Assembly (NCBI GenBank): GCA_030704615.1
Contig: CM060733.1
Location: 30,070,001-30,134,000, forward strand
Source: Takakia lepidozioides
Taxonomy: Eukaryota; Plantae; Bryophyta
Reading direction: 5' to 3'
DNA: 64,000 bases
Position 1 is the stretch's first letter. Every line of letters begins with the position of its first letter. The position numbers and the translations under genes are program-made. The notes under the pieces are model-generated. The model made no database searches. It had not been told where the DNA came from and saw nothing but the letters and a program-made list of their open reading frames with translations. Shown here piece by piece: positions 39,797 through 51,169 of the stretch.

Positions 39797-40975
39797 GTGC
39801 CCGAATCACATCTATCGACGCCAGACGGGAGTCATTGTCCCGAAAGCAGACGACATCATTGTCTTCCTAGATGTTTACAGGGACGATCCTTGACTTGTCC
39901 AGCTGAGAGCAATGGAGTTTCTTCCAGGATTGCACGATTCTCCTGGACCCCGACTGGGGAGCAGGTGGTTCCTGCGCATCATGGACCTGGACTTTCCGCT
40001 GGAGTGGGAGCCGAACAGATCACGCACAGCGTTGCTGTATCGCTAGAACTGTTGCGAGTGGACGTATGATGAGTGCATAGGTGAAAACTTCATGTGTGGA
40101 CGGACTGGCTCGGAAAGTGGGGACATTCTCTTCAGTTATGAGGATGAGGATGAGGGGAACACAGGGCCCACTGTGAAAATGTCCTTCTACAAAGGGGGCG
40201 CTATCGATAAACACGACATCCTCGTTAGTTTCAACCGGGCAACAAAAACCGCTGACATTTTGTTCAAATATCGGCACCCGGTCACTCAGGAGGTCCTTGA
40301 GATGCCAGTTCGAGTTCCTTCTTCTTGGGCGAAGGGACCATAGGTCTTGCATGCTAGAGTAGACATGTTTCGACTCGCCGACACTCATGGCACATACATT
40401 TTGATTCAGAAATCAAGTAGCTTCCCTGTGCCATATGGGGAATATACATGCTTGGATAATCTTCTGTTAAGGTTTTTTGCAATTCACTGCCAGTATGCTG
40501 GGACGTGTCCTTTGTCGTATGGATTGCTGTTTGCACAAGGTGCAGTATGCAAATGCTGGAATGTGCAGTAGGACCCTTTCCACTAGGACACAGAACTAGC
40601 AATCTTGTAAAGGCATCACATTTGCAGAACACTGACAATGTATTGGTAGCAAATTTGAGTCTTCTCATAAAGGTGGACGAAAACGCCAGGATGGGCTGCA
40701 AAATCACCACAAAAGGAAGCACTATGCAGTATACAGACCAATAACGGGCGGTGAAATAGGCCACAATGCCCGTGTATCTCCACACAATTGCTTTCCTTGG
40801 ATCCATTAATAGACATAACCAAAATAAAAAAAGCATGCCCATGCCATTCACAGCCAAAAACCACATTCTCATGTATTGCGGCACCGAAATGCACCTGGAG
40901 CCATGGCGGTCCGGCACCACCAAGTGTATAATTCCTCACAAAAAAATAGGGTGCAAAAAGATGAATGTAATATAA
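39797..40975 (+). pseudogene. Decayed accessory ORF of unknown function, convergent with the transposase
   Basis: Consecutive plus-strand fragments (40092-40343, 40347-40571, 40505-40744, 40766-40975) have protein-like composition and are broken by stops and frameshifts. Confidence 0.45.
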
Positions 40976-41006
40976 TTGCCACTTTCTCCTTCCCGAATGT
41001 GGAATG

Positions 41007-44000
41007 TCAAGCAGTCCGACCTGTATCCTGTCGTAGGGCCTTGTGCAGCTCGTTGAAACTCAGTGTTGGAGCATGGATGAAGACGTCCACTGCGGATATG
41101 CAACTCATGCGCTTCAGAAAAATGTAATAAAGGTGTTTGCAGGGGACGCATGCTGCATTCTTCGATTCCATAACAAGGAAGTCCTCACAGTTGTAGGGTG
41201 GGTATTGAGAAACCGTGATTGCATACACGACACTACGCGCAGCAGACCCGGCTGTTGACAACTGAAATATGCGCCCCATCCCGGGGTGAGGAACATCCCT
41301 GCAACCTTGCACTATGCAGGGCATTGCAAGAGCGTTGGCCATCCTGGTGTCGTTCGCCTTTGTTGGTAGCCGCCATTTTTTCAGTTTCTCCCATCGATGG
41401 GTGGGCCAAGCTGCGGGGTCACCCACCGGTATGCGGGGCGAAGAGCTTCTCGTGGGAGGAGGATGACGACTGGGAATTGGATTTCATGGAACATCTGTCC
41501 TCTCCACCAGTCGAAACCCTGCACTTCCTAGAGCGTCTGCCTCCTCCAGGGTAAGATCTGTACCAGTTGCCACAGGCCAGACTGCTGGTGGTTCAGGCAT
41601 GCCTTGTACACCATACTTGGGCTTGCCGAACACACACGACATGATGTCGTGCCTGCACAACCAAAACTCCTTCAGTGTGGCCTCCACAAACTTTGCGCAC
41701 ACAAATCTCCCTGTGAAGCAAGGGGCAGGCACACCGCCCTACGGGCTCCTCCGAATCATCTCATTGCATCTCTGGTTGGTGTCGACACGAACAGCACAAC
41801 ATTTGCCACGAAATGACGGACGGGTCCGTGCAATTCTCCACTACGAGGCCGACACATCTCGCTACACGATTGGAATGTTGTAATGGGTAATAATAATATG
41901 AGCAACATGCTCATCCTCGACATGATGTCCCGAGTCTGGCAGCGATTCCATGGATGTTGTAGGAGAGGGGGTACGATTCATGCTAGGAGGAGGCATGGGA
42001 CGCAACATCGTTGCACCCCGAGGTTGAGTACGGATGTTCATATCTGATCTCCATGAATCACCGTCGCCTCCGGGCATGTCCACAATTCTTCTCTTCACCG
42101 GCCGCCTGCGGACAGCGCCCTCCAGGCAGTTCCCCCGACTGTGTAACGGCGTTGACCTTATTATTTCCCGCAATGCAGCAGTCCATTTTTTGGGATCGAA
42201 CGATGCGCCGCCCTCATCAGCATCTCCTGCCTGTCTAGTCCGATACCCCATTGTTTCCTCCAGAAACTGGTAGTAACGAGATTGTTGCATGATGGCCCTC
42301 ACAATATCTTCTGTTGTTGCTGTCAACATGTCAACGAGATGTGCCGCAGAGGAAGCACGCCAGGAAGAGTGCACCGATTCGGCCATGTTCGTCGTCGACA
42401 TATCCGTGTCATCCTCCAAGCTCATGTCCTGTTGAAGGAAATTAGAAATGTCACTTATTGTGGAGAATGTCCAAGCACAAAACAGAACAATTGTCAAGTA
42501 CATAAATGTGTTACCTGTCTCATGTAGTCTCCAAACTGGCGGAATCTATAGTGCCACCACGCAAGCCACGTTTGCAGTTCTGGCTGATCTTTCACATCCA
42601 CTGCCCCTGAAGACACCCACCAGGCGCGTATGGTTGCAAACTCGGTCTCCGCCTCGTCGATGGAATTCGCATTTTTCCACGCAAGGCACATACTGATATG
42701 ATCCTGCCGGTGGCTTGACGCCACGAACCTTTTCGTGTTTTGCGTCAAACTCTGCATGAAGTGGAACCCGCAAGATCTCTCCTTACCTTCTATTAGAGTC
42801 TTTGGGTCGTCCCCATATACCCTCCTCACTGCAACCCAGTTCGCCTGGGCATTGTCAGCCATGAAGCCCCTAAAATCGGGAGGGGGCAACTTCGCTCTCG
42901 CCATTAATTTTGCGCCACATATGCAACTCCAAATCTGTGTCTTCTCCTTTCATTTTGCAGATAGCAATGGTCATCAACTTTCTGCAATGTGGGTCGTATA
43001 CATGTGCCCCCATTGTCACCCAATCGTGGTTGGTAATTCGCCTGATGTGGTCAAACATGACCCAGCAATTTGAGAGGTCTCCAATGGTCATCCGCTTCAC
43101 CAAATCGACACCGCTCCCCGGTTCGCACGTTGACATCTTAAATATGAAGCACCTGTCTGTCTCTGAGCCTTGACCAGGAAAGAAGCTGCCCTGGATGAAG
43201 TCGTAGCCGCATGTGCGCTTCACTTCCTAGATGGAGTGCATGTCTGATCCTCTTCCGATTCATTTTTGCAGCCGACAATGTGGTTCCTGACATTGGGGTT
43301 GCACACATGGGAGACAGCTTCTAGCAGCTCTTTCATGTCCCCCTCGCCCAGCTTCTCTCTTGTGCTTCCGTCCTCCGACATTATTCTGCCAATTGCAATT
43401 CTATGTGCGGATGCGAGCTGTATCTGCTTTGGTTTTGCTCCCGGCCTAAACCTCACCTCATCCTTGATAATATCGTGGGCTTGTTGAAAAACGACTCTGC
43501 AATTGCCTCTGGCGACGGGGTGGTCATGCTTTCCGATGTGAATGCATGCTCTGGTGCACGCTGGGCCGACGGTCCCGACGTAGTACTGCTTGGCGTTGCA
43601 CACTGCCATACACGTAGGGGCTGCGTTGCAATAGGCACACTTGAACGTCCCTGCAGGAACTCTACCTTGAGGCCAAAATGGGGTCGACGAATTGCCAATC
43701 CAGTCTGTCTCATTCCGGGTGCCTTTGCTAGTGTAATGGTAACATGTGTTCGAGAAACATTTAAGATGCCCAACACACAATACATATCTCACTATCTCAC
43801 TCGAACTCCATCACCCAGGTTGGACGATGAAGTTTTGGTGACACACCAAGGGTGGCCGTCATGTTTCCTGTTCATTCCTGCCAGCATGCCGTCTGGGCCT
43901 GCTCCTGCCGGCACTGGAGGGAACTCGTAGATAGCATTCCCATCTATAACTTCAGGCAAAGTTTCCACAGAATGGATTGGAGTTTTGTCATAATCAAGCC

Positions 44001-44628
44001 TAAGAAGGTCACTGGAGCGGGAACCCGCTGTCTTCATCCTCCGCAATATGTCGATTACTGAGCGGACGGAAGTTGAGTCGGAGGGTGTGTGCTCATTGTT
44101 TGCCGACTTCTGAAGACTCCTAGTGACGGACGACTTCGAAACATACGATGGAAGGACCATACAGTCTTCATCGTCACTGGATAAGTCGTGGACGACTGTT
44201 TCCCTGTTTTCCTGGATTTCCCTTTTCACATGTTTGGGCTTCTCTGCTTGTGAAGAGGTGCCCACATCCTTCATGGCAGACTTCACATCTTGCACGCCAG
44301 ACCTTCTTGTGGAAGGAGGATCAACCAAGTTCCAGAGTGGGAACTCTTTAGGCACGATTTCACCAATTGCACTCTACCGGATGGATTCAGAATCTGGGAG
44401 CCGCCACTCTTTGCCCTTTCCAAAATCTGCATGCAGAATGATGGCAGTTTCCAGAAAAATTCCATAAGCATCCTTCGTCTCCTCTTCCAAAAACACCGTT
44501 CCAGGGCGGAGCCCGAACTTCACACACAAGTACTGCTCAGTGATAATCGCAAATCCTTGGTCGCAGGGTATTTTAGCTTTCAGAGAATCGGGATGGAAGT
44601 ACACGTTTACCCAAACACGAGAGTCCAT
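41007..44628 (-). pseudogene. MULE-type transposase with N-terminal GCM/WRKY-like zinc finger, DDE core and C-terminal SWIM finger; disrupted
   Basis: The N-terminal finger reads HDGHPW..CVGHLKC..C..CAYC..C...C..IHIGKHDHP. The core reads WVMFDH (D1), GFMADNAQA (D2), CGFH (MULE CxxH) and TTNMAESVHSSW (E), the last after an 86-bp GT-AG intron at 42514-42429. SWIM-like NCEDF..VPCKHLYYIF follows. There is a stop at 44374 and several frameshifts. Confidence 0.85.
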
Positions 44629-44819
44629 ATTGAAGACGGCAACTCTCGGTACGCTCCACAGCGAAGTCCTGCAATGAGAAGAGTGTGTCTTACATAAAAC
44701 CACAATCATTTTATGGAAGATTCTATATCCAACGGGATGGGTGATCAGTGCACGTATGGATGAAGGTGTGTACCGTACGTTACAAATACGGACGACCACA
44801 GCAAGTTGACATCGGATAT

Positions 44820-46240
44820 TTGGTGCCTGAATTATAATGTACCACCAGTTGGGCTACAATAAATCAGGCCTTCTCATGAATTTCGGCATCAAAATCTGGA
44901 TGAACATCTCTGTCATGTAGCAGATTTGGAAACCAGGGGATGAATTCCGGCGACAGAAATCAAAATTTGTTCACCTCATGAAACTGAGCAAGCACCCGAC
45001 GGATGGATTTCGGTGCCAAAATTCGGATGAACAATTTCTTCATGAAATTGTTTCTGCACATAAGGGATGAATTTCAGCGCCGAAATACGGATGAATGTGT
45101 TCGTGATTACAGTCATGATTCACCACGTGTCCGGATTTCGGTGCCGACATCCGAATGACAGTAATCCTGAATCGACAGTAGAGATGAATTTCGACGCCGA
45201 AATTCATCGTTCGCATGGGAAAAAAATTGTTGGAGGGACGACGTTGGATGAATTTCGGCGCCAAAATTCATCCGAAGTCCTCCCTTCATTTTTTTTTTTC
45301 TTGCTATAGATGAATTTTGGCGCCGAAATTCATCCAATGCCCTCCCTCCAATATTTATTTCTCTTCGAAATGGATGAATTTTGGTTCCGAAATTCATCTT
45401 TACTGTCCGCAATGGATAACTCTAATATTACATTTACTATGCGACGGATGAATTTTGGTGCCGAAATTCGACCGAACCCGACACTTATTTCTTGCTTCTG
45501 GATGATGTAATGTTCCGAAATTCATTTGAAATAACCCATTCAGACAAAGATAACACGAATATTCTGCATTAAATGGAGAAATCGGCACATTCAACCCCTT
45601 ATGTCTTACAAAAGGCCGTTATCCAATGACAAAAGGGGATATATTTTCATGTTGGGGGAAAATTAATTGCATTTAAGCCGTTGTTTTCATTTGAAACTGA
45701 CAGTATCCATTAAGTTGTCATTTTTCGCACAGGATGTTGCCGCACACAAAGTATAATTCCGGCGCCGAAATTATACTAAACAGTCCATACATGGCAAGTC
45801 CAACAGGCATGGACAGCAACCGTGAGGGGCAATGATGGTGGCAAAGCGTAACATGGTGCCGATTTTGTCTTCGCCCTGGACGTATTTCGGCGCCGAAATA
45901 TGGATGAAATGTGCCCAAGTGCAGCCGTCTCCACTGTCCCGGAATTAATTTCGGCTCCGATATCCGACTGACAGATTTGCTCATGACGGATGAGGACTGG
46001 GGAAGCGATGAATTGCGGGGCCGAAATTCATAAGTTTGTGTATGAAAGCACTTGCATAGGATGAATTTCGGCGCCGAAATTCATCCGTCCGCTGATGAAA
46101 TGTACCGATCGGATTGTTGAATGTCATAGGCAGGGGATTTTCATGGCGGTTGGGTTTCATGATGTGCGGATAGTTCATTCAATGTCGGCTGCTCCGGGAA
46201 CAGCATCCGGTGAACGGAATGGTATTTTGGCGCCGCAATT
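44820..46240. repeat. Dispersed array of palindromes GATGAATTTCGGCGCCGAAATTCATC upstream of the transposase
   Basis: More than a dozen variants occur. A perfect 28-bp palindrome lies at 46059-46086. Confidence 0.9.
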
Positions 46241-46459
46241 TGGATAAAGCGTCTTCTATTGGTGGCTTGAACAGGCACGCGTCGTGTTCCAGTCGACTTC
46301 ATCTGTGCGAACGTGTCAGGGGTCGCAATCTCTTCATCACCGATACGGCAGAAAGTGGTGGATGGTGGCAACGCTTCGGGAGACGTGGCTGCTTACGCAT
46401 CTGCTCGTGCACAGTGGTTGCATGTTCCACCGCTTTGCTCTCTCGCTAATGCTGTCACA

Positions 46460-48111
46460 CCAGAGCCTAATGTTGTAGAAGGAGAGGGGTTGGACATTCC
46501 CACTACAGAGCAGGTAATGGCAAACATTGAGAAGGGTGACCTTCTCTATGAGAACTCTGGCATGGTTGGAGAACCACTAGTACCAAAGATGCAGAGTTTG
46601 ACCAAGGAAATCCTTGCTGTACATGTGATGCCTGAACCTGTGGAGGAGGTTCTAGGGGTAGAAGGTACGGGCACTACAGCACCTGTGGAGAATGAGGTCG
46701 TTCAAGAAGAAGATCTTGTGGGATCATGGCCTGAATGGTTGGTGAAACATCACACTATGGAGAATCAGGGGGACCATCAACAAGTTTCCCATGAAGACCC
46801 ACAACATGCCATGCTTATGAGTTCCATAAGTAGGACACTCAATTTGTTGGGCACTTATGTGAAATCCCATGTTCCATCCACACAAGTGGCAGCTTTGAGG
46901 GAGGAACTCAAGTAGGAATTTGAGGCTAGAATTGCCACTGAGTGTATAAACAAGGTGGATGTGGAGGCCAACCTCAAGTTGCAGAAAGAGTTAGAGGACA
47001 CGAAGGCTGCCCTACAGCTAGCAAAGGGGAATCTGATTGAAGCGGGTCTGGAGCAGGAGAAGTTGCATGAAGCACATAAGCAACAGCTATACCAGTTGCA
47101 GGTGAAGCATGAGGGCAAATTGCAGGAAGTGAAGGTGCTTCATACAGAGTTGGAGGCAGTTCATCAGAAAATGACCATCCAATATGCCGCACTAAGAACT
47201 GCTCTGTAGCAAACTGCATCAGAAGTTAACAGACAAGCCGAGAGGTGTATGATGGCAGAGGCTAAGACAGTGGAGCAAGGGAAACTCATTGCTGATTTGA
47301 AAACTACTATCTATCGCAATGAGGATACCTTCCAACAATACAGTCGAATTGAGGCTGAGAAGAAAATGTACATCCTGGAATTGCATCAAACACTCACGGG
47401 CCAAAAGAATGAACTCTCTGTGGCTAACAAGGCTTGGAAAGAAGCCAATAATCTGATTGCTGCCTATGCAGCCTTGGTTGAACCTCATTTGAAGCGCATG
47501 CAGGCTTTACAGTAGCAGTTAGATATGTACAGACTCAAGGAGGAGTAAGCTCTCAGGGGTGCTACACAGGACTTGGTGGATAATCATCTTATGCAAGTAT
47601 GGTTAACACAAGGGCCGGTGGAAGGGAAGGCACCAAGAAAGCTCACCCAGGGGGAGATGAATGATCTCAGATTGCAGGTGCAGAACATTGCCACAATTAC
47701 TATAGACAATGTCTATAGTAGGATAGCGGAGTTACAGGATGATGTGGAAGGGCTGTAGACTCAAGTGGATGACTTGAGTTCCAACATTGACAAAAGAGTC
47801 TTTGTTCCTGAGGAGCAGCTGGTGGCTACTTATTTGCATGCCATGACTTTGATTTTTCAGTCTTCATCACAGGAGGTGCAAGAGTTGCCAACAATAGGAG
47901 GGACAGTGGCGGCAATATCACAGCCCCCACAGCCGGTGGCTGTGCAGGTGGCTGACACTGTTGATACCATGGCAATGCCACAGTCTGAGGTTTGGGGGTG
48001 CTGCTTTTAACCCACCTAGGACTCCTGCTGCACTTGAGTACAATCGGGCTATGATAATGCCCTTCAACCAAATTTCCATTGTGATGGATTTGGCTTGGAA
48101 GGAATTCAGTC
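46460..48111 (+). pseudogene. Long coiled-coil ORF (5' part) of an LTR-element 3' region; interrupted at 48112
   Basis: ORFs starting at 46313, 46955, 47249, 47573 and 47765 share one frame and are separated only by TAG/TAA codons. The sequence is Glu/Gln/Leu/Lys-rich with heptad character. Confidence 0.7.
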
Positions 48112-48301
48112 TGTCGTGCGCATACGTATCGTTACACAACTACATCGCTGTACAAAACCACACAACACATGTGCACGCCACACACTAGTATATCACTAGT
48201 CCACCACTAATCCAGCCACTAGTCCAACCACTAGGCTACAACTAGTCAGTCACTAGGCTGCCACTATGCTGCCTACTATGGCAGTCACTAGTCCACACAA
48301 T
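48112..48301 (-). repeat. Repeat B2 (190 bp), copy of B1 48619-48808
   Basis: Direct repeat with about 5 substitutions counted by eye. Confidence 0.95.
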
Positions 48302-48302
48302 G

Positions 48303-48616
48303 GATAAAGAAGAAGAATACAAGCACGAGCTCACAAATCTGAAGCATAAACTCATGCATATATAACCTCATCACTCAAATACAAGTCAAGCCAAGTGCAC
48401 CCACCCATGGGGAATCCACACTACGGCGCCATAGCTAGGCGCGGTGAGGCTCAACTCGAGAAAGATGAGCCTCCCGCGCTTGCCGTGAAAATAACCACTC
48501 CAGGGCCTAAATCTGCCTTGACCCCTGGATTGACACTTGGGTCAATCCCAAATGTCAATATGTAAAAGCTAGCTATTTCCTAGCTAGTTTCACACTAGTG
48601 GTAAAATAACTTGACA
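48303..48616 (-). repeat. Repeat A2 (314 bp), copy of A1 57369-57684
   Basis: Direct repeat with about 2 substitutions and 2 single-base indels counted by eye. Confidence 0.95.
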
Positions 48617-48618
48617 GC

Positions 48619-48817
48619 TGTCGTGCGCATACGTATCGCTACACAACTACATTGCTGTACAAAACCACACAACACATGTGCACGCCACACACTAGTATAT
48701 CACTAGTCCACCACTAGTCCAGCCACTAGTCCAACCACTAGGCTACAACTAGTCAGTCACTAGGCTACCACTATGCTGCCCACTATGGCAGTCACTAGTC
48801 CACACAATCGCCCCCCT
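48619..48817 (-). repeat. Polypurine tract (AGGGGGG, 48817-48811) and repeat B1 (48808-48619)
   Basis: The sense strand reads ctAGGGGGGcg-ATTGTGTGGACT...CGCACGACA, downstream of integrase/PHD. Confidence 0.9.
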
Positions 48818-49066
48818 AGCTGGTGCTTAGGTCCCTCTAAGTCCAGGTAGTCACAAGATGTGATAGTGACCATAGCCTCACTAAGTCCTCCACCACTGTC
48901 CCTACTACACTCAAACTCGATAGATCAAGAGGCCGGGTGCAAGAGTTGCCCCATCGTTAGTCGCCGTCTTGCAACCTGTGAACTTGAGCTTGGGATCTCA
49001 TGTATTGACTTCTATGAGCTTGGCCTCCCATGTCTTGTTAGCTGCCTCCAGTCATGTCCACTGCCA

Positions 49067-50457
49067 CTATCCCAAGCAGTGTGGACACAACCAATCTCCG
49101 TCAGGAACCTTCTCAAGAGGTGGTGTCAAGCATCCCATATGCCAACCCCTTGAGCATCGATCACACACCAGCATGGTGGTTGCCCCTTTGGCAGACCCAT
49201 AGAGCATGCACCTCAAACCTGCAGGTACCACTGCCAAGTTTGGGTCAACTCTGCCATTGACATTGGGAAGGTGACATGGCGCACAATTACGCACATGGTC
49301 TTTCCAAGTCATGCCATCCTGACCCTCCAAGATCAGGACTCCTGAGGGCAACACCTCTTGAACCCTCAGAATAACACGCCCTGCAGTAACATCCAGAGTC
49401 GTAGTGGCATACCTCAACGTATCACGGTGCTGTGCAATGGCAAGGTTCTCAAAAGCCATGGGCATGACTTTCTTGAACAACTCTGCACGCTGATCACATG
49501 CACGTACCCACACATCCGGATCGTCAAGGTTAAGGACTTGAGCAGTGTCCCTACGAATGGCTACAGGCAAATCCGGCTCTCGGCCAAAGAGAAGGAAATA
49601 TGGTGAGAAGGAGGCAAGTGATGCTTGTTTGCTGAACCTGTAGCCCATGGCTAACCAAGGAACCTGAAGATCCCAATCTCCTAGGTGTCCCTTCTGCAAG
49701 CCATACTTGCTCAAACCCCTCTTCACCGTCTGAACAACTCTTTCTGCCAAGCCATCGGCCTCAGGATGATCCTGAGAAGTGGTGCGGTGGTTTATCAAGG
49801 CTTTATCATACAAAGCCTGAAACTCCCCCAATAACTCTCTCCCTTGGTCCGTGAGTACCTCAGCTGGAGCACCAAATCGGCTAAGCACACGATCCAAGAA
49901 TGCATATGCAGCCTCCTCCTCACTAGCCTTGTCAAGCAATGGAACCAACTCAATCCACTTGGAGAAGTGCTCCACCATCACCAACATATATCTGTGGTGG
50001 CGCATAGTCAGTGGCAACGGTCCTGCGAAGTCAAGATTCCACCTGTAGCCCAATCCCATGATTAGTAAAGGATGCAACTGTGGTATAGGGGTGTTGAATG
50101 AAGCACGCACCCTGTCACACACCATGCACCTAGCCACGAACTGTTGCACCTCTGTATGCATACCACTCCACCAATACTGCCCTTGCAGTAAACTGTGAGT
50201 GCATCGCACTCCAAAACGCCCCAACTCCTCATGGCATGCCGCACTAACCGTGCACGCTGTGTGGGGTGAGGCACAATCCTCACCCGACCATCCTCCCACA
50301 CTCGAAGTAGGTGTATCCCCTCCCACTTGAACCTCTTGGCTCGTTGCAGGATCCGATCCCTCTCCTTGGCAGTCACACTAGCTTTCGTATCTCCAGTGCG
50401 GAGGTAGTCCAACACAACCAAATCCTCATGTATATCTTTGGCTGGCTGGCTCATCAC
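49067..50457 (-). pseudogene. Gypsy integrase (HHCC remnant, DDE core) with C-terminal PHD finger; frameshifted
   Basis: YWWSGM..CMVC, LDFAGPLP, VEHFSKW, VLTDQG and HPEADGLAERVVQTVK are present. The PHD reads CML(Y)..MLVCDRCSRGWHMGCLTPPLEKVPDGDWLCPHC. Confidence 0.92.
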
Positions 50458-51169
50458 TAGCCTCAGGGGTCCTCAGACACTCCGTCTACAGTCATCCCTG
50501 TTGTAGGTCCAACCTGACCTCCCGATGCCAAGATACACAAAAAGGCAGATGCATGCCATCCCGGCACCATCTCCTCGTCCGTCTCACCATGCCACCGAGC
50601 TCCAGTGTCATCCTACTGGCTCGTGCATGGATTGTGACTCAATCCATCCGCATCCCTATTGACCAAACCAGGTTGATGCACAACCTGAACATGTCTCTCA
50701 TGCTCATCCACCGTAGCACGAGAGGCAAAGCAATTCCTGTAAGCCTCAGGAACCGCCGTATACGTCGTCTCTCTCCTCTAGTGACAATAGGTCCAATGTC
50801 AGGCTCCCAATTGCCCTTCATAACTGCAACCTTAAGTCCAGCAGACTTAGAGGTAGAGGACACGTCCTGTGGTTGCTATGCCGCAACCTCTTGAGCAGTA
50901 CTCCCTGCCTGCTCAGTCAATGACAAGGCCTCATCCTGCCCCATCATCTCATCCTTGAGGACCTCCTCAACCCGAGAAGAATCCCCAACCTCATCCATCA
51001 CAGCCGCCTTGGCTGCCAACTCCCTCTGAACCTCGAGCACTCCCACGTGTGCCATGGATGCATGCACCCCGTGGTCCTCACATGCTCGCCCCACTCACTG
51101 CCTGTACCGTCTCGGTAGGCAGAGAGACCATCGAGGGAAGTGTACTCCGGACTCTGCGTTGTTCAGCCA

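Larger units (their letters stand above)
38878..46300 (-). mobile_element. Mutator-like (MULE) DNA transposon; left terminus at ~38878, right end not visible
   Basis: The terminus GGGGGTTGCTATTCCATGAGC(TCATGAGC)n resembles 63354. Subterminal cggcgccgaaatt arrays and a DDE/SWIM transposase lie inside. Confidence 0.75.

Noticed and set aside
39160-39809. ORFs with repeated PNFGAVIG
   Set aside because: They are translations of the subterminal repeat array.
44820-46240. Palindromic repeats as a CRISPR array
   Set aside because: Spacing is irregular, repeats are degenerate, no cas genes are present, and the context is a eukaryotic TE.
48112-48808. B-A-B as a tiny stand-alone TRIM or solo-LTR pair
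   Set aside because: No TSD flanks B1..B2 and no PPT precedes B2. The TSD instead pairs B2 with A1 9.5 kb away.
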